Positions 47,282 through 56,380 of a stretch of DNA of 64,000 nt are shown in pieces. The notes under the pieces are model-generated. The model ran no database searches. It saw only the letters and a list, made by a program, of their open reading frames with translations, and was not told the DNA's origin. The position numbers were made by a program, and so were the translations under genes. Each line of letters begins with the position of its first letter. Position 1 is the first letter of the stretch. The DNA comes from an uncultured Phycisphaerales bacterium (GTDB lineage: Bacteria > Planctomycetota > Phycisphaerae > Tepidisphaerales > Tepidisphaeraceae), in contig CAVWVQ010000003.1 of NCBI GenBank assembly GCA_963758525.1, forward strand, positions 512,001 through 576,000. The letters run 5' to 3'.

Positions 47282-49054
47282 CTACGACGGCTCCGCGGGA
47301 ATGGGAAAGTGAAGGCGAAACCGGGACCCCGCGCCGGGCGTGCTGTAGACGTCGATGCCTCCGCCGTGCACCTGAGCGACGTGCTTCACGATGGACAGGC
47401 CCAGACCCGTGCCGCCCATTTCGCGCGAGCGGGAGCGATCGACGCGATAGAACCGCTCGAAAATGCGCGGGATGTCGTCGGTTGGAATTCCCAGGCCGTT
47501 GTCGGCAACTTCCACGAACACCTCGAAGTCCTCTTGTCCGACGGTGACGCCGATGGTGCCGCCCTCCTGCGTGTACTTGATGGCGTTGTCGACGAGATTG
47601 GCGATCGCGCGATCGATGTAGTCGGGATTGCCCAGCACTCTGGGAAGATTCACCGCCGATTCCAGCCGCAAGGTTTGCTTTTTTTTCTGGGCGGCGGGCA
47701 GCAGCAGCTCGGTAATCCGGCGGGCCAGGGCCGGAATGTCAACGCTCACCGGTCGCGGCAACTCCGGCGAGCCTTCCAGCCGTGACAATTCCAGCAGATC
47801 GTTGACCAGATTCGTCAGTTGATCGACATGCTTGCTGATGGTCGCCAGAAACTGCATTCCCTTTTCCGGATCGCGCAACGCGCCGTCCTGCAGCGTCTCG
47901 GTAAATCCCTTGATGACCGTCAGCGGCGTTCGCAACTCATGGCTGACGTTCGCGACGAACTCCTTGCGCAGCTCCTGATAGCGCACCGACCGCGTCGTAT
48001 CGTGAGCGACGATGACGATTCCCGTCGCCCGGCCCATCTGCGGGTACTGCCGGATCGTGATCTCCAGATGCCGGCCCATCATCGGGCTCACGGGAAACGC
48101 CGACACCTCCTCTCCCGCCAGCGCCGCGGTGGCGGCGCGCAGGATCGGCTCGACCCGCAGCACCTCCCACAGCGCCTTGCCAATGGCGCCGGCCCCGTCA
48201 AAATCGAGCAGTTCGGCGGCCTTTTCATTGGCCAGAAGAATGCGCTGCGATCGATCGGCCGCGATGACGCCCTCGCTCATGCTGGCGAGGATCGCCGAAA
48301 GCTCAGCGCGATCGTTGGCGGTTTGCTGGATAAGGCCACTGAGTGATTCAGCCATGGTGTTCAACGATGTTGAGAGTGTCCCTATTTCTCCACCGCCAGA
48401 CGGGTGAAAACGGCGGTTCAGTTCTCCCCGAGACAGTGCGTTGGCGAAGGCCGCGACCTCCCGCACCGGCTCGGAACTGACCGACACGAGATAAAAGCAC
48501 AGCGCCGCCGCCACGCACATCGCCACGAGCGACATCGCGGCAATCGCGCCGTACACGACCCGCAGCTGGTGATCCAGATCCGAGAGGTGAACGGCGCAAC
48601 GCACGAAGATCCTGCTTCCATCCGAAGTGCTCTCTCGCCGCGCGACGTAGAGCAGATCGGTGTCGATCGTGTCGCTGTGCCGCACCGCGCTTCCCTCGCC
48701 CTGGGCCAGCGCCTCGACGACCTCGGGACGGTTCAGATGGTTTTCCATCCGGCTCGGGTCTGCCTCGTTGTCGCCCAGCACCCTCCCGTCGCCGGCAATG
48801 ATCGTGAGCCGGTATCGCAGCGGATCGTGCAGTTTTTGAACGAGCCGCTCGACTCCCGGCGCGTCGCCCGACTCGATCAACGGCGCCGCCAGTTGCCAGA
48901 CAAGCGCTGCCTCGCGGCTCAGCGACTGTCGGGTTTCCTGAAAATACGTGGTGCGCAATCGCAGCGCGGCGAACAACCCGACCGCTCCCGTCGCCGCACA
49001 TAACAACAGAAGGTAGGGAAGAAACAGGCGCCGAAAAAACCTGCTGGAAAGCAC
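47282..49054 (-). CDS. phoR: Phosphate regulon sensor histidine kinase
   Basis: Two TM helices, ENH.NRPEV..AL extracytoplasmic motif, HAMP, PAS, FVANVSHELRTPLTVIKGF, FERFYRVD..RSRE.GGTGLGL. Last gene of the pst/pho operon. Confidence 0.92.
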   Translation of the reverse strand: MLSSRFFRRLFLPYLLLLCAATGAVGLFAALRLRTTYFQETRQSLSREAALVWQLAAPLIESGDAPGVERLVQKLHDPLRYRLTIIAGDGRVLGDNEADPSRMENHLNRPEVVEALAQGEGSAVRHSDTIDTDLLYVARRESTSDGSRIFVRCAVHLSDLDHQLRVVYGAIAAMSLVAMCVAAALCFYLVSVSSEPVREVAAFANALSRGELNRRFHPSGGGEIGTLSTSLNTMAESLSGLIQQTANDRAELSAILASMSEGVIAADRSQRILLANEKAAELLDFDGAGAIGKALWEVLRVEPILRAATAALAGEEVSAFPVSPMMGRHLEITIRQYPQMGRATGIVIVAHDTTRSVRYQELRKEFVANVSHELRTPLTVIKGFTETLQDGALRDPEKGMQFLATISKHVDQLTNLVNDLLELSRLEGSPELPRPVSVDIPALARRITELLLPAAQKKKQTLRLESAVNLPRVLGNPDYIDRAIANLVDNAIKYTQEGGTIGVTVGQEDFEVFVEVADNGLGIPTDDIPRIFERFYRVDRSRSREMGGTGLGLSIVKHVAQVHGGGIDVYSTPGAGSRFRLHFPIPAEPS

Positions 49055-49126
49055 GCATGCATCATATGCCAGGCGAGCGGCGTTCACCAAAATGCATCCC
49101 GAAGGGCAACACTGAACACCGCAAAA

Positions 49127-49849
49127 CTATGATTGGCCGCCCGCCACCGAGTTCTCCGCGAGGGCGTCCGCCTGGAACTTGTAGCCGAAGCCCCGCACGG
49201 TTTCGATCATTTCGCCGCCGGCTCCGAGCTTCTTGCGAATGGCGGTGATGTGCACGTCGACGGTCCGGTCGAACACCGCCGAGTCGGTTTCCAGCGCGGC
49301 GTCAATGATTTCGTCGCGGCTGAAGACGCGTCCCGGGCGCGCGGCCAGAAACTGGAGAATGCGAAATTCGGTGGCCGTCAGCGAGACGCGCGTTCCCGCG
49401 AACTTCACTTCATGCCCGTTGAGATCGATGGTCAGCTCCCCGGTGCGGATGAGCTGAGGCGTTTCCTGCTGGCTGGAACTGCGGCGCAACACCGCCTTCA
49501 CGCGGGCGACCACCTCGCGCGGACTGAAAGGCTTGGTGATGTAGTCGTCGGCGCCAAGCTCCAGGCCGACGATTCGGTCCGCCTCGGTGGCCTTGGCCGT
49601 CAGCATGATCACCGGCGTTCGGGCCGAACGATGATCGGCGCGAAGGCGCTGGCACACCTGCAGCCCGTCGATGCCCGGCATCATCAGGTCCAGCACCACC
49701 AGCTCCGGCCGATGGCGCTTGATGACCTCCAGGCCGCTCTGCCCGTCGCTGGCCGCGATCACATCGTACCCCTCCTTCTCGAGGTTGTATCGCAACAACT
49801 CGATCAGGTCCTTCTCGTCGTCAATCACCAGAATGGTGCCTTTATTCAT
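49127..49849 (-). CDS. phoB: Phosphate regulon response regulator (OmpR/PhoB family)
   Basis: ILVIDDE, LDLMMP, GADDYITKPFS, LTATEF, RTVDVHI..IRKKL, IETVRGFGY; operon context. Confidence 0.9.
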   Translation of the reverse strand: MNKGTILVIDDEKDLIELLRYNLEKEGYDVIAASDGQSGLEVIKRHRPELVVLDLMMPGIDGLQVCQRLRADHRSARTPVIMLTAKATEADRIVGLELGADDYITKPFSPREVVARVKAVLRRSSSQQETPQLIRTGELTIDLNGHEVKFAGTRVSLTATEFRILQFLAARPGRVFSRDEIIDAALETDSAVFDRTVDVHITAIRKKLGAGGEMIETVRGFGYKFQADALAENSVAGGQS

Positions 49850-50577
49850 AAATTCACTCCGGCTCCAGGGGAGCCGACTCGCGATGCAAGGTCGACCGAA
49901 TTGGTCTTGCTGCCGGGCATGAGCGACGGCTTTTGATGCCGAACGTCCCGGCCCTGAATCCAGTAGATGATTTCCTCGGCAATATTTGTGGCGTGGTCGC
50001 CGATCCGCTCGAGATTCCGCGAGATCAGCACCAGCGACATCGCCTGCTGAATCGTGCGCGGATCGCCCATCATGTGCGTCAGCAGGATGCGGAAGATCTG
50101 ATCGCGGAATGCGTCAACCGTATCCTCATCCTCCAAAACCTTGTCGGCCAGCGCGACGTCGCGATTCGACATCGCCGTCAGGCTGTTCCGCAACATCTTC
50201 TGCGCGACCTGGGCCATGATGGGCAGATCAACCAGCGGTTTGATGGGCGGACCTTCCAGAACGTAGTGCGTGTTCTGGCAGATGTTCACCGCCTGATCCG
50301 CGACACGCTCCAGCTCGCCGCCGATCCGCGACGCCATGAAAACGAATCGCACGTCGGCGGCAACCGGCTGCTGCAGCGCGGTGAGCTTGACGGCCTTGTC
50401 GTCCACCTCCACCTGCAGGGCATTGACTTCCTTTTCCTTGTCCAGGCAGCTTGTCGAGAGAGCCTCGTTGCGCTCGATGAGCGCGCGCATGGCAAGCTCG
50501 ATCATCTTTTCGGTGATGCTCCCCATCACCACCACCTTCTGCAGCAATTCCTCGAGCAACTCATCAAAGTGTCGCAT
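49846..50577 (-). CDS. phoU: Phosphate signalling protein PhoU
   Basis: QQPVAADVR, ELERVADQAVNI, RNLERIGDHATNIAE. Confidence 0.95.
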   Translation of the reverse strand: MRHFDELLEELLQKVVVMGSITEKMIELAMRALIERNEALSTSCLDKEKEVNALQVEVDDKAVKLTALQQPVAADVRFVFMASRIGGELERVADQAVNICQNTHYVLEGPPIKPLVDLPIMAQVAQKMLRNSLTAMSNRDVALADKVLEDEDTVDAFRDQIFRILLTHMMGDPRTIQQAMSLVLISRNLERIGDHATNIAEEIIYWIQGRDVRHQKPSLMPGSKTNSVDLASRVGSPGAGVNL

Positions 50578-50628
50578 GACGCTGTTCCCTTTCGGTGTCT
50601 AACTCAGCAGCGGCCTTAACGAATCGGG

Positions 50629-51582
50629 TTATCCGAAGCGTCCCGTCACGTATGCCTCGGTTTCCTTCAGGTGCGGATTGAGGAAGATGCTGTTGGTCGG
50701 CCCATATTCAATCAGCCGGCCCAGGTACATGAAGGCGGTGTAGTCGCTGCATCGCGCGGCCTGCTGCATGTTGTGCGTGACGATCACCACCGTGTACTTG
50801 CCACGGAGCTGATAGATCAGGTCTTCGATCTTCGCTGTCGCCACGGGGTCCAGGGCAGAGCACGGCTCGTCCATCAGCAGGACCTCCGGCTCGGCGGCAA
50901 TCGCGCGGGCGATGCACAGGCGCTGCTGCTGACCGCCGGACATGCCAAGGGCGCTTTGGTGCAGCCGGTCCTTCACCTCATCCCACAGCGCCGCTCCGCG
51001 CAAGGATCGCTCGCAGACCTCGTACAGCACGCTGCGCCGCTTTTCCCCGCCGATGCGCAGCGCATAGACCACGTTCTCGAAAATCGACATGGGAAACGGA
51101 TTGGACTTTTGAAACACCATCCCCATCCGCTTTCGCAATTCGATGACATCGACGGCGCGGTCGTGAATCGGCTGCCCGTTGAACAGGATCCTTCCCTCCA
51201 AACGGATGTGATCGATCAGATCATTGAGCCGGTTGATGCTGCGCAGCAGTGTCGATTTTCCGCAGCCGGACGGCCCGATCAGCGCCGTGACTTTGCCGAC
51301 GGGGATGGTCATGGTAATGCCATGCAGCGCCTGCGACTTGCCATAGAAGAGCTTGAAATCCTCGACGCTGACCACGAATTTCTCGGCCGCCAGCTCCGGG
51401 TGAACTTCCGTTCCGCGCTTGGTGTCGGGCGTCACCAGCGTCGCACTGGCGGTTTGCCGGGGGGACGGGCGCGGCGGTGACGGAGGCTCGTGCGCGGGCG
51501 GCGCAACGATCTGCCGCTCCACCGGCGCCGGCGGAACCACCGTCGTCTGGGTTGTTACGGGAGTCTCGGCTGCGGTACTCAT
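50629..51582 (-). CDS. pstB: Phosphate ABC transporter ATP-binding protein
   Basis: [67 protein letters not shown]. Confidence 0.97.
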   Translation of the reverse strand: MSTAAETPVTTQTTVVPPAPVERQIVAPPAHEPPSPPRPSPRQTASATLVTPDTKRGTEVHPELAAEKFVVSVEDFKLFYGKSQALHGITMTIPVGKVTALIGPSGCGKSTLLRSINRLNDLIDHIRLEGRILFNGQPIHDRAVDVIELRKRMGMVFQKSNPFPMSIFENVVYALRIGGEKRRSVLYEVCERSLRGAALWDEVKDRLHQSALGMSGGQQQRLCIARAIAAEPEVLLMDEPCSALDPVATAKIEDLIYQLRGKYTVVIVTHNMQQAARCSDYTAFMYLGRLIEYGPTNSIFLNPHLKETEAYVTGRFG

Positions 51583-51612
51583 TTCAATCGCTCCGGAAAC
51601 GGCTTGCGGCCT

Positions 51613-52514
51613 TTAGTGTTTTCGCTGTCGCGAGATCGTCGCGATAAACATTCGCACCATGATGTTCAGAACGAATATCAGCAGGATCAGGATCAGGATT
51701 CCCGCCCAGGCGAGTTGTCGCTGCGCCGGGTCAGGTCCGCTGGCGTACCTGAAAATATCCAATGTCAGCGCGGGGAAAGGCTGTTTCGGGTCGTGCGACA
51801 GCAACGTGGAACCCAGCGCGGTGAAGAGCAGCGGCGCCGTTTCCCCCGCCACCCGCGCCACCGCCAGCATCACTCCCGTAATGATGCTTCCCGTGGCGGC
51901 GGGCAGCACCACGATCAGAATCGTCCACGCCTTGGTGGCGCCCAGGGCGATCGACGCCTCGCGATAACTCCTTGGCACCAGCAGCAGCATTTCCTCGGTC
52001 GTGCGGGCCACGATCGGGATCATGATAAACGCCAGCGCCAGCGCCCCGGCATATCCGCTGTAGTGACCCAACGGCACCACGACCAGCTGATAACCGAGGA
52101 TCCCGACGACGATGCTCGGCACGCCCGTCAGCACGTCGGCGATAAATCGCGTTGGCGTCGCAAGAATCGAATTGGCGCTGTATTCCGACAGATAGATCCC
52201 GCACAGCATTCCGATCGGAACCCCCACCAGGCTTGCGAGGCCGATCAGAATGCAGGTTCCCTCGACCGCGTTCTTCATTCCCCCCGGCGCCCCTGCATGC
52301 CAGGGGGGATCGGCATTTCCGTGAAGAACGACCAGTGCAGCGACTTGAAGCCGATGTGCGTCAGGTATCCCGTCACCAGCGCTAGCAGGGTGATGATGAT
52401 CAGCGTGAACACAACGCAGATGCCGAACATGACGGTGCTCTTGGCACGGGAGAGCGCCACGAAAATCGCATGCGCTTCGTGCCGGCCGGGAGAGGTTGGG
52501 ATCACATTGGTCAT
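51613..52514 (-). CDS. pstA: Phosphate ABC transporter permease PstA (frameshift near 52280-52290)
   Basis: NAVEGT, GIYLSEY, L.GVPSIVVG..GY, RTTEE.L..VP...REA..ALGA, ARVAGETAPLLFT. Confidence 0.92.
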
Positions 52515-52530
52515 GAGAAGCAATCAGCCG

Positions 52531-53889
52531 TCATTGCCCGCGGGAGCCGCCGGCATTTCTGCCGACGACCAGATAACGTGCAACGATATTAAACAGCAAC
52601 GACATGAGCAGCAGCACCAGCGCGACTTCGGTTAGCGCGGCGCGGTGCAGATCGGTGCTGGCCTCGGCAAATTCGTTGGCCAATAAGCTCGACATGGTCT
52701 GGGCTGGGGCAAACAGCGACGCGCGAATCTGATTGTTGTTTCCGATGACCATGGTGATGGCCATCGTTTCCCCCGCGGCACGGGCCAGCCCGAGCATGAC
52801 CGCGCCGAAAAGCCCCGACCGGCAGAACCGCAGCATTTCCCAGGAGCTTTGCCACCAGGTCGCTCCCAGGGCGACGGTCGCCTCGATCTGCGCCCGCGGC
52901 ACCGATCTGAGCACGTCGCGGCTGATGGCGGTGATGATGGGCAGGATCATCACCGCCAGCACCACCGACCCGCACAGCATGTCGCGGCCGGTCAGCGGCA
53001 GTTGACGGGTCACGACATGTCCGAGCACGTTGTTGTGCTCCTGAAACATCCACGCCACCGTCGGAGCCGAACCCAGCATCGCCTGCAGCGCCTCGCCGAT
53101 TCCCGGCGCGTGTGCTCCCGCGAAAGCCGCGACCCGCCCCGACAAGCCCAGCGATATCACCATCAGACTCAGGGGAAGGAAGACGGAAACCACCGCCGCC
53201 GTCACCGATCTTCCGACGGCGCGGCGCGATGCCACGACAGACGCGATGACGCCGACGACGACGGAAGCAAGCCCCCACCCAAAGGCCACCCAACTCGGCG
53301 GCGGCAGCAGATCGTAGAGGAACTTGGCGGCCGGTTCGATGTGCTCCTGAAGGAATGGCCCTAAAACAAACAAGCCCCAGATCCCGTAAGCGATCGATGG
53401 AATCGCCGCCAGGAATTCGATGAGGAATGAGACCGGCCCGGCCAGCAGACGCGGAGCGATGCGCACGAGAAACAGCGCCGCGCCCAGGCTCAGTGGAACA
53501 GCGATCACCAGGGAAATCACCGAGCTGACGGCCGTGCCGTAGATCACCGGCAGCGCGCCAAACGCCGGCGGCAGCGTCTGCATGACAGTTTCGCCGTCTT
53601 CGTCCATGACCGGCTCGCCATTGGCGTCGTGCTTGGGAACCTCCAGCTCATTGGGCCGCCATTCGCTGGAAACCAGGAATTTAAATCCAAAGGCCTTGAT
53701 GCTTGGCACCGCCGCATATGCCAGGACGGCCACCAGCGACCCGAGCATCAGCAGAACGATGATTGCGGCTCCGCTGGTGAGGACGCGCAGAATCAGATCC
53801 GAGCCAACGCGCCGGCTCCCGCTGACCAGTGGTCGCGCGGGAGCCGGTCGATAAGGGACAGTGGGAAGCGGTGCGACTTCAGTGGTCAT
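52531..53889 (-). CDS. pstC: Phosphate ABC transporter permease PstC (with internal insertion)
   Basis: FGALPVIYGT, EFLAAIPSIAYGIWG, VLAVMILPII, ALGATWW, LGLARAAGETMA..MVIGN, LANEFAEA. Confidence 0.95.
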   Translation of the reverse strand: MTTEVAPLPTVPYRPAPARPLVSGSRRVGSDLILRVLTSGAAIIVLLMLGSLVAVLAYAAVPSIKAFGFKFLVSSEWRPNELEVPKHDANGEPVMDEDGETVMQTLPPAFGALPVIYGTAVSSVISLVIAVPLSLGAALFLVRIAPRLLAGPVSFLIEFLAAIPSIAYGIWGLFVLGPFLQEHIEPAAKFLYDLLPPPSWVAFGWGLASVVVGVIASVVASRRAVGRSVTAAVVSVFLPLSLMVISLGLSGRVAAFAGAHAPGIGEALQAMLGSAPTVAWMFQEHNNVLGHVVTRQLPLTGRDMLCGSVVLAVMILPIITAISRDVLRSVPRAQIEATVALGATWWQSSWEMLRFCRSGLFGAVMLGLARAAGETMAITMVIGNNNQIRASLFAPAQTMSSLLANEFAEASTDLHRAALTEVALVLLLMSLLFNIVARYLVVGRNAGGSRGQ

Positions 53890-53907
53890 ACGCGTACGCT
53901 CCGCCGA

Positions 53908-54972
53908 TCACTTGGACGCGACTGGCGAGCCACCGAAGGAAATATGAGAGAGGGCCGTGTCAATCTTCTTCTGGATGCTCTCTTTCAACGGTGCGTAGTC
54001 AAGGTCAGGGGCGAACTTTTGCGCGTCATGCGTGGCCCACTTGAGATAGGCCACCAGTGCCTCCGCCTGCTCCTTGGTCTTCAGGTTGTTCAGGTCCTTA
54101 TAGACAATAAGGTAGGTGAACGAGGCGATCGGGTAGGCGTCATCGCCGGGCTGGTTCCAGATGTTGCTGGCCAGAAGATCGCCTTCCATGGAGTCCACCG
54201 CCCCTTCGCCCGCCGCGGCGACGCGCTGGGGCGAGGCCTTGACGAATTTGCCCGCCTTATTCTGGATTGCGCCGTATTGAATCTTGTTCTTGTCGGCGTA
54301 ATTCTGTTCGAGATATCCGATTGCGCCCTTGGTGCCCTGCACCACTTGAGCGACGCCGGCATTCCCCTTGCCGCCCGACCCAACCGGCCACTTGACCTGC
54401 TTGCCGATCCCGATCGAACTCTTGAAATCCGCGCTCTGGGTGGAGAGATAGTTGGTGAACACGAAGTTGGTGCCGCTCCCGTCAGTGCGCCATGCCGGGG
54501 TGATCGCAAGATCCGGCAATTTCACGTCGGGGTTGAGCTTGGCAAGTGCCGGATCATTCCAGTTGTTGACCTTCCCCATGTAAATGTCGGCAAGCAGCTC
54601 GCCGGTGAAGTTCAGGTCTTTTTCGACACCCGGCACGTTGTAGGCCGGAACGATCCCGCCCGCGCACGAGGGAACTTCGATAAAGTTCTCCGCGCCGCCG
54701 GCGGCTGCGAACTCCTTCTTGCCCATCGGAGCGTCGGAACCGGCGAAGTCGATCGTCTTGTCGGTAATCCCCTTGATGCCGCCGCCTGAACCGATCGCCT
54801 GATAGTCGATCTTCACATCCGGGTTCACCTTCTGATACTCCGCAATCCACCGCTCGTACAGCGGCGCCGGGAAGGTGGCCCCTGCTCCCTGCAGCCGCGT
54901 CTCGCCCCGGGCCGAGGCAAAAGACAATCCGATCATTCCCAATGCCGCCAATACGCCTCGTGTTCCTCTCAT
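53908..54972 (-). CDS. pstS: Phosphate ABC transporter substrate-binding protein
   Basis: Signal peptide; GAGATFPAPLY, YQAIGSGGGI, DFAGSD, RTDGSGT, GGKGN.GV, YPI.SFTY. Start at ATG 54972. Confidence 0.96.
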   Translation of the reverse strand: MRGTRGVLAALGMIGLSFASARGETRLQGAGATFPAPLYERWIAEYQKVNPDVKIDYQAIGSGGGIKGITDKTIDFAGSDAPMGKKEFAAAGGAENFIEVPSCAGGIVPAYNVPGVEKDLNFTGELLADIYMGKVNNWNDPALAKLNPDVKLPDLAITPAWRTDGSGTNFVFTNYLSTQSADFKSSIGIGKQVKWPVGSGGKGNAGVAQVVQGTKGAIGYLEQNYADKNKIQYGAIQNKAGKFVKASPQRVAAAGEGAVDSMEGDLLASNIWNQPGDDAYPIASFTYLIVYKDLNNLKTKEQAEALVAYLKWATHDAQKFAPDLDYAPLKESIQKKIDTALSHISFGGSPVASK

Positions 54973-55013
54973 CGCGCGTCTCCTTGTTTGGTGAGAGGAA
55001 TTGTCGGGACATT

Positions 55014-55053
55014 CACTAAGATTCAATCCGGCAATTACTAAGAAATGATTAAG
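55014..55053 (-). promoter_or_regulatory. Candidate Pho-box-like direct repeats upstream of pstS
   Basis: On the minus strand: CTTAATC (55053-55047), CTTAGTA (55042-55036), CTTAGTG (55020-55014), spaced 11 and 22 bp in an AT-rich patch. Confidence 0.55.
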
Positions 55054-55217
55054 ATTTTCTGGATCTGCGGAATGAGTGCGGCGTTTTGCCGCACTCATCC
55101 CCGGCTCTCTGCGCATTTCATCTGCTTGTGTACGTCCAAACAGGTAACCGGAACCCACGGAGCAAGCTCCGTGGGCGTTGGAAACCTTAGTACAGCGCCC
55201 CATTGAAAGAGGGCCAC

Positions 55218-55289
55218 ATGTAGGGCGGGATTTATCCCGCCGATTCGCATCCGGCGGAGGCATCCGGCGGGATAAATCCCGCCCTACAT
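55218..55289. repeat. GTAG-type REP doublet with perfect 25-bp inverted arms
   Basis: ATGTAGGGCGGGATTTATCCCGCCG ... CGGCGGGATAAATCCCGCCCTACAT. A single related arm lies at 26208-26230. Confidence 0.9.
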
Positions 55290-55314
55290 TGATGGTCCCT
55301 TTGCGGATGTGTAC

Positions 55315-55524
55315 TTAGCGACGCCAGTAGCCCCTGTGCCAATAGTAGCCTCGACCGCGACCACCCCAGAAATAGTGACCTCGCACCCAGATCGCGCCGG
55401 GCCATGGGGCGACGCCGACAACCTCAACGCGATCCGGCGGCGGAGGGCCCGGCCGGTCTGGCACAACGATACATCCGGTGGCGATGCTCCCCATCAACAC
55501 CAGCGCACTCAGTAGGGTTCTCAC
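55315..55524 (-). CDS. Small lipoprotein with YXWGXW/WXXGXW repeats
   Basis: AAAGGAG RBS, GTG start; LVLMGSIATGC lipobox; PPPP.RVEV...AP.PG.IWVRGHYFW....YYWHRGYW. Confidence 0.8.
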   Translation of the reverse strand: MRTLLSALVLMGSIATGCIVVPDRPGPPPPDRVEVVGVAPWPGAIWVRGHYFWGGRGRGYYWHRGYWRR

Positions 55525-55600
55525 GGAAGGCTCCTTTCGAGGATTGCAGTTTCTAATTCGCACGCTGCATAATGCGGGCCAGCTTCTTCTGTTCAGACAC

Positions 55601-55644
55601 AAAACAAAGTCCCCGGTTGGGAGCCATTGCACCCAACCGGGGAC
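55601..55644 (-). terminator. Intrinsic terminator after the PilZ gene
   Basis: 13-bp stem GTCCCCGGTTGGG/CCCAACCGGGGAC followed on the minus strand by TTTGTTTT. Confidence 0.8.
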
Positions 55645-55675
55645 CTGATTGCTGATTGATTCTTTGCCCGTCCCT

Positions 55676-56113
55676 CTATGCCGCCAGCGGCTGGGTCGAG
55701 AGATACAACCCGAGCATGCCGCGGTCAATATCTTCCATATCGACGAGCTGCCCGGCCACCTCAAACTGTTTGCCAACCTGCTGAACCCGGCTGACGGTCA
55801 TCCAGCCGACCCAGTCCTTGCGCGGCTCCATCTTCTCCCCGCTCGTATCCACGAACGGACAGATGCCGGCATAGGTCGGCAGCTCGAGGCGGACGCGAAT
55901 CTGGTGATCCGTCTTCAGATTTGCCTGGGCGGTTCTGACCCGAACCCCTCCTGCCGAGATATCCACAATCCGCCCAAACGTCTCGCCGGCTCGCTTGTCC
56001 CCATCCCAGCGTTCAACCCCGATTTCCTGAGTTTCCAAATCGTGTCGACGGAAGTTCCGGCGATCTTTGCCAGTCTTGGTCTTACCGGAACTACGCTCGT
56101 GCAGGGTGGTCAT
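55676..56113 (-). CDS. PilZ domain (c-di-GMP-binding) protein
   Basis: DRRNFRR (RxxxR) and DISAGG (DxSxxG); AGAGGAG RBS before ATG 56113. Confidence 0.85.
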   Translation of the reverse strand: MTTLHERSSGKTKTGKDRRNFRRHDLETQEIGVERWDGDKRAGETFGRIVDISAGGVRVRTAQANLKTDHQIRVRLELPTYAGICPFVDTSGEKMEPRKDWVGWMTVSRVQQVGKQFEVAGQLVDMEDIDRGMLGLYLSTQPLAA

Positions 56114-56293
56114 TCGTGCTCCTCTTTGGCGATAGGTTGACGCATGAAACTCATCGGACAGAAGCATCCTCGACTTTGGATGGTTGGGCGCTTCCGGGAC
56201 TTGGGGCATTTTCTTCCGTTATTGGACGATCCCCATAACGCTCGACAGCGTCTCACAGCCGGAATAGTGTTAGCCGGAGATGCCGTGCTTCAT

Positions 56294-56378
56294 CCCTGAA
56301 CCCGGACACCCTAAATCGTGACACCCTTAGCCCTCACATCCTGAACCCTGACACCCTGAACCCTGACCCCTGACACCC
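56294..56378. repeat. CCCTGAA/CCCTGACA short tandem repeats
   Basis: Reverse complement of the unit seen at 37086-37160. Confidence 0.7.
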
Positions 56379-56380
56379 CC

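Noticed and set aside
54973..55263. Extended N-terminus of PstS
   Set aside because: Runs through the promoter region and REP doublet; the signal peptide begins at ATG 54972.
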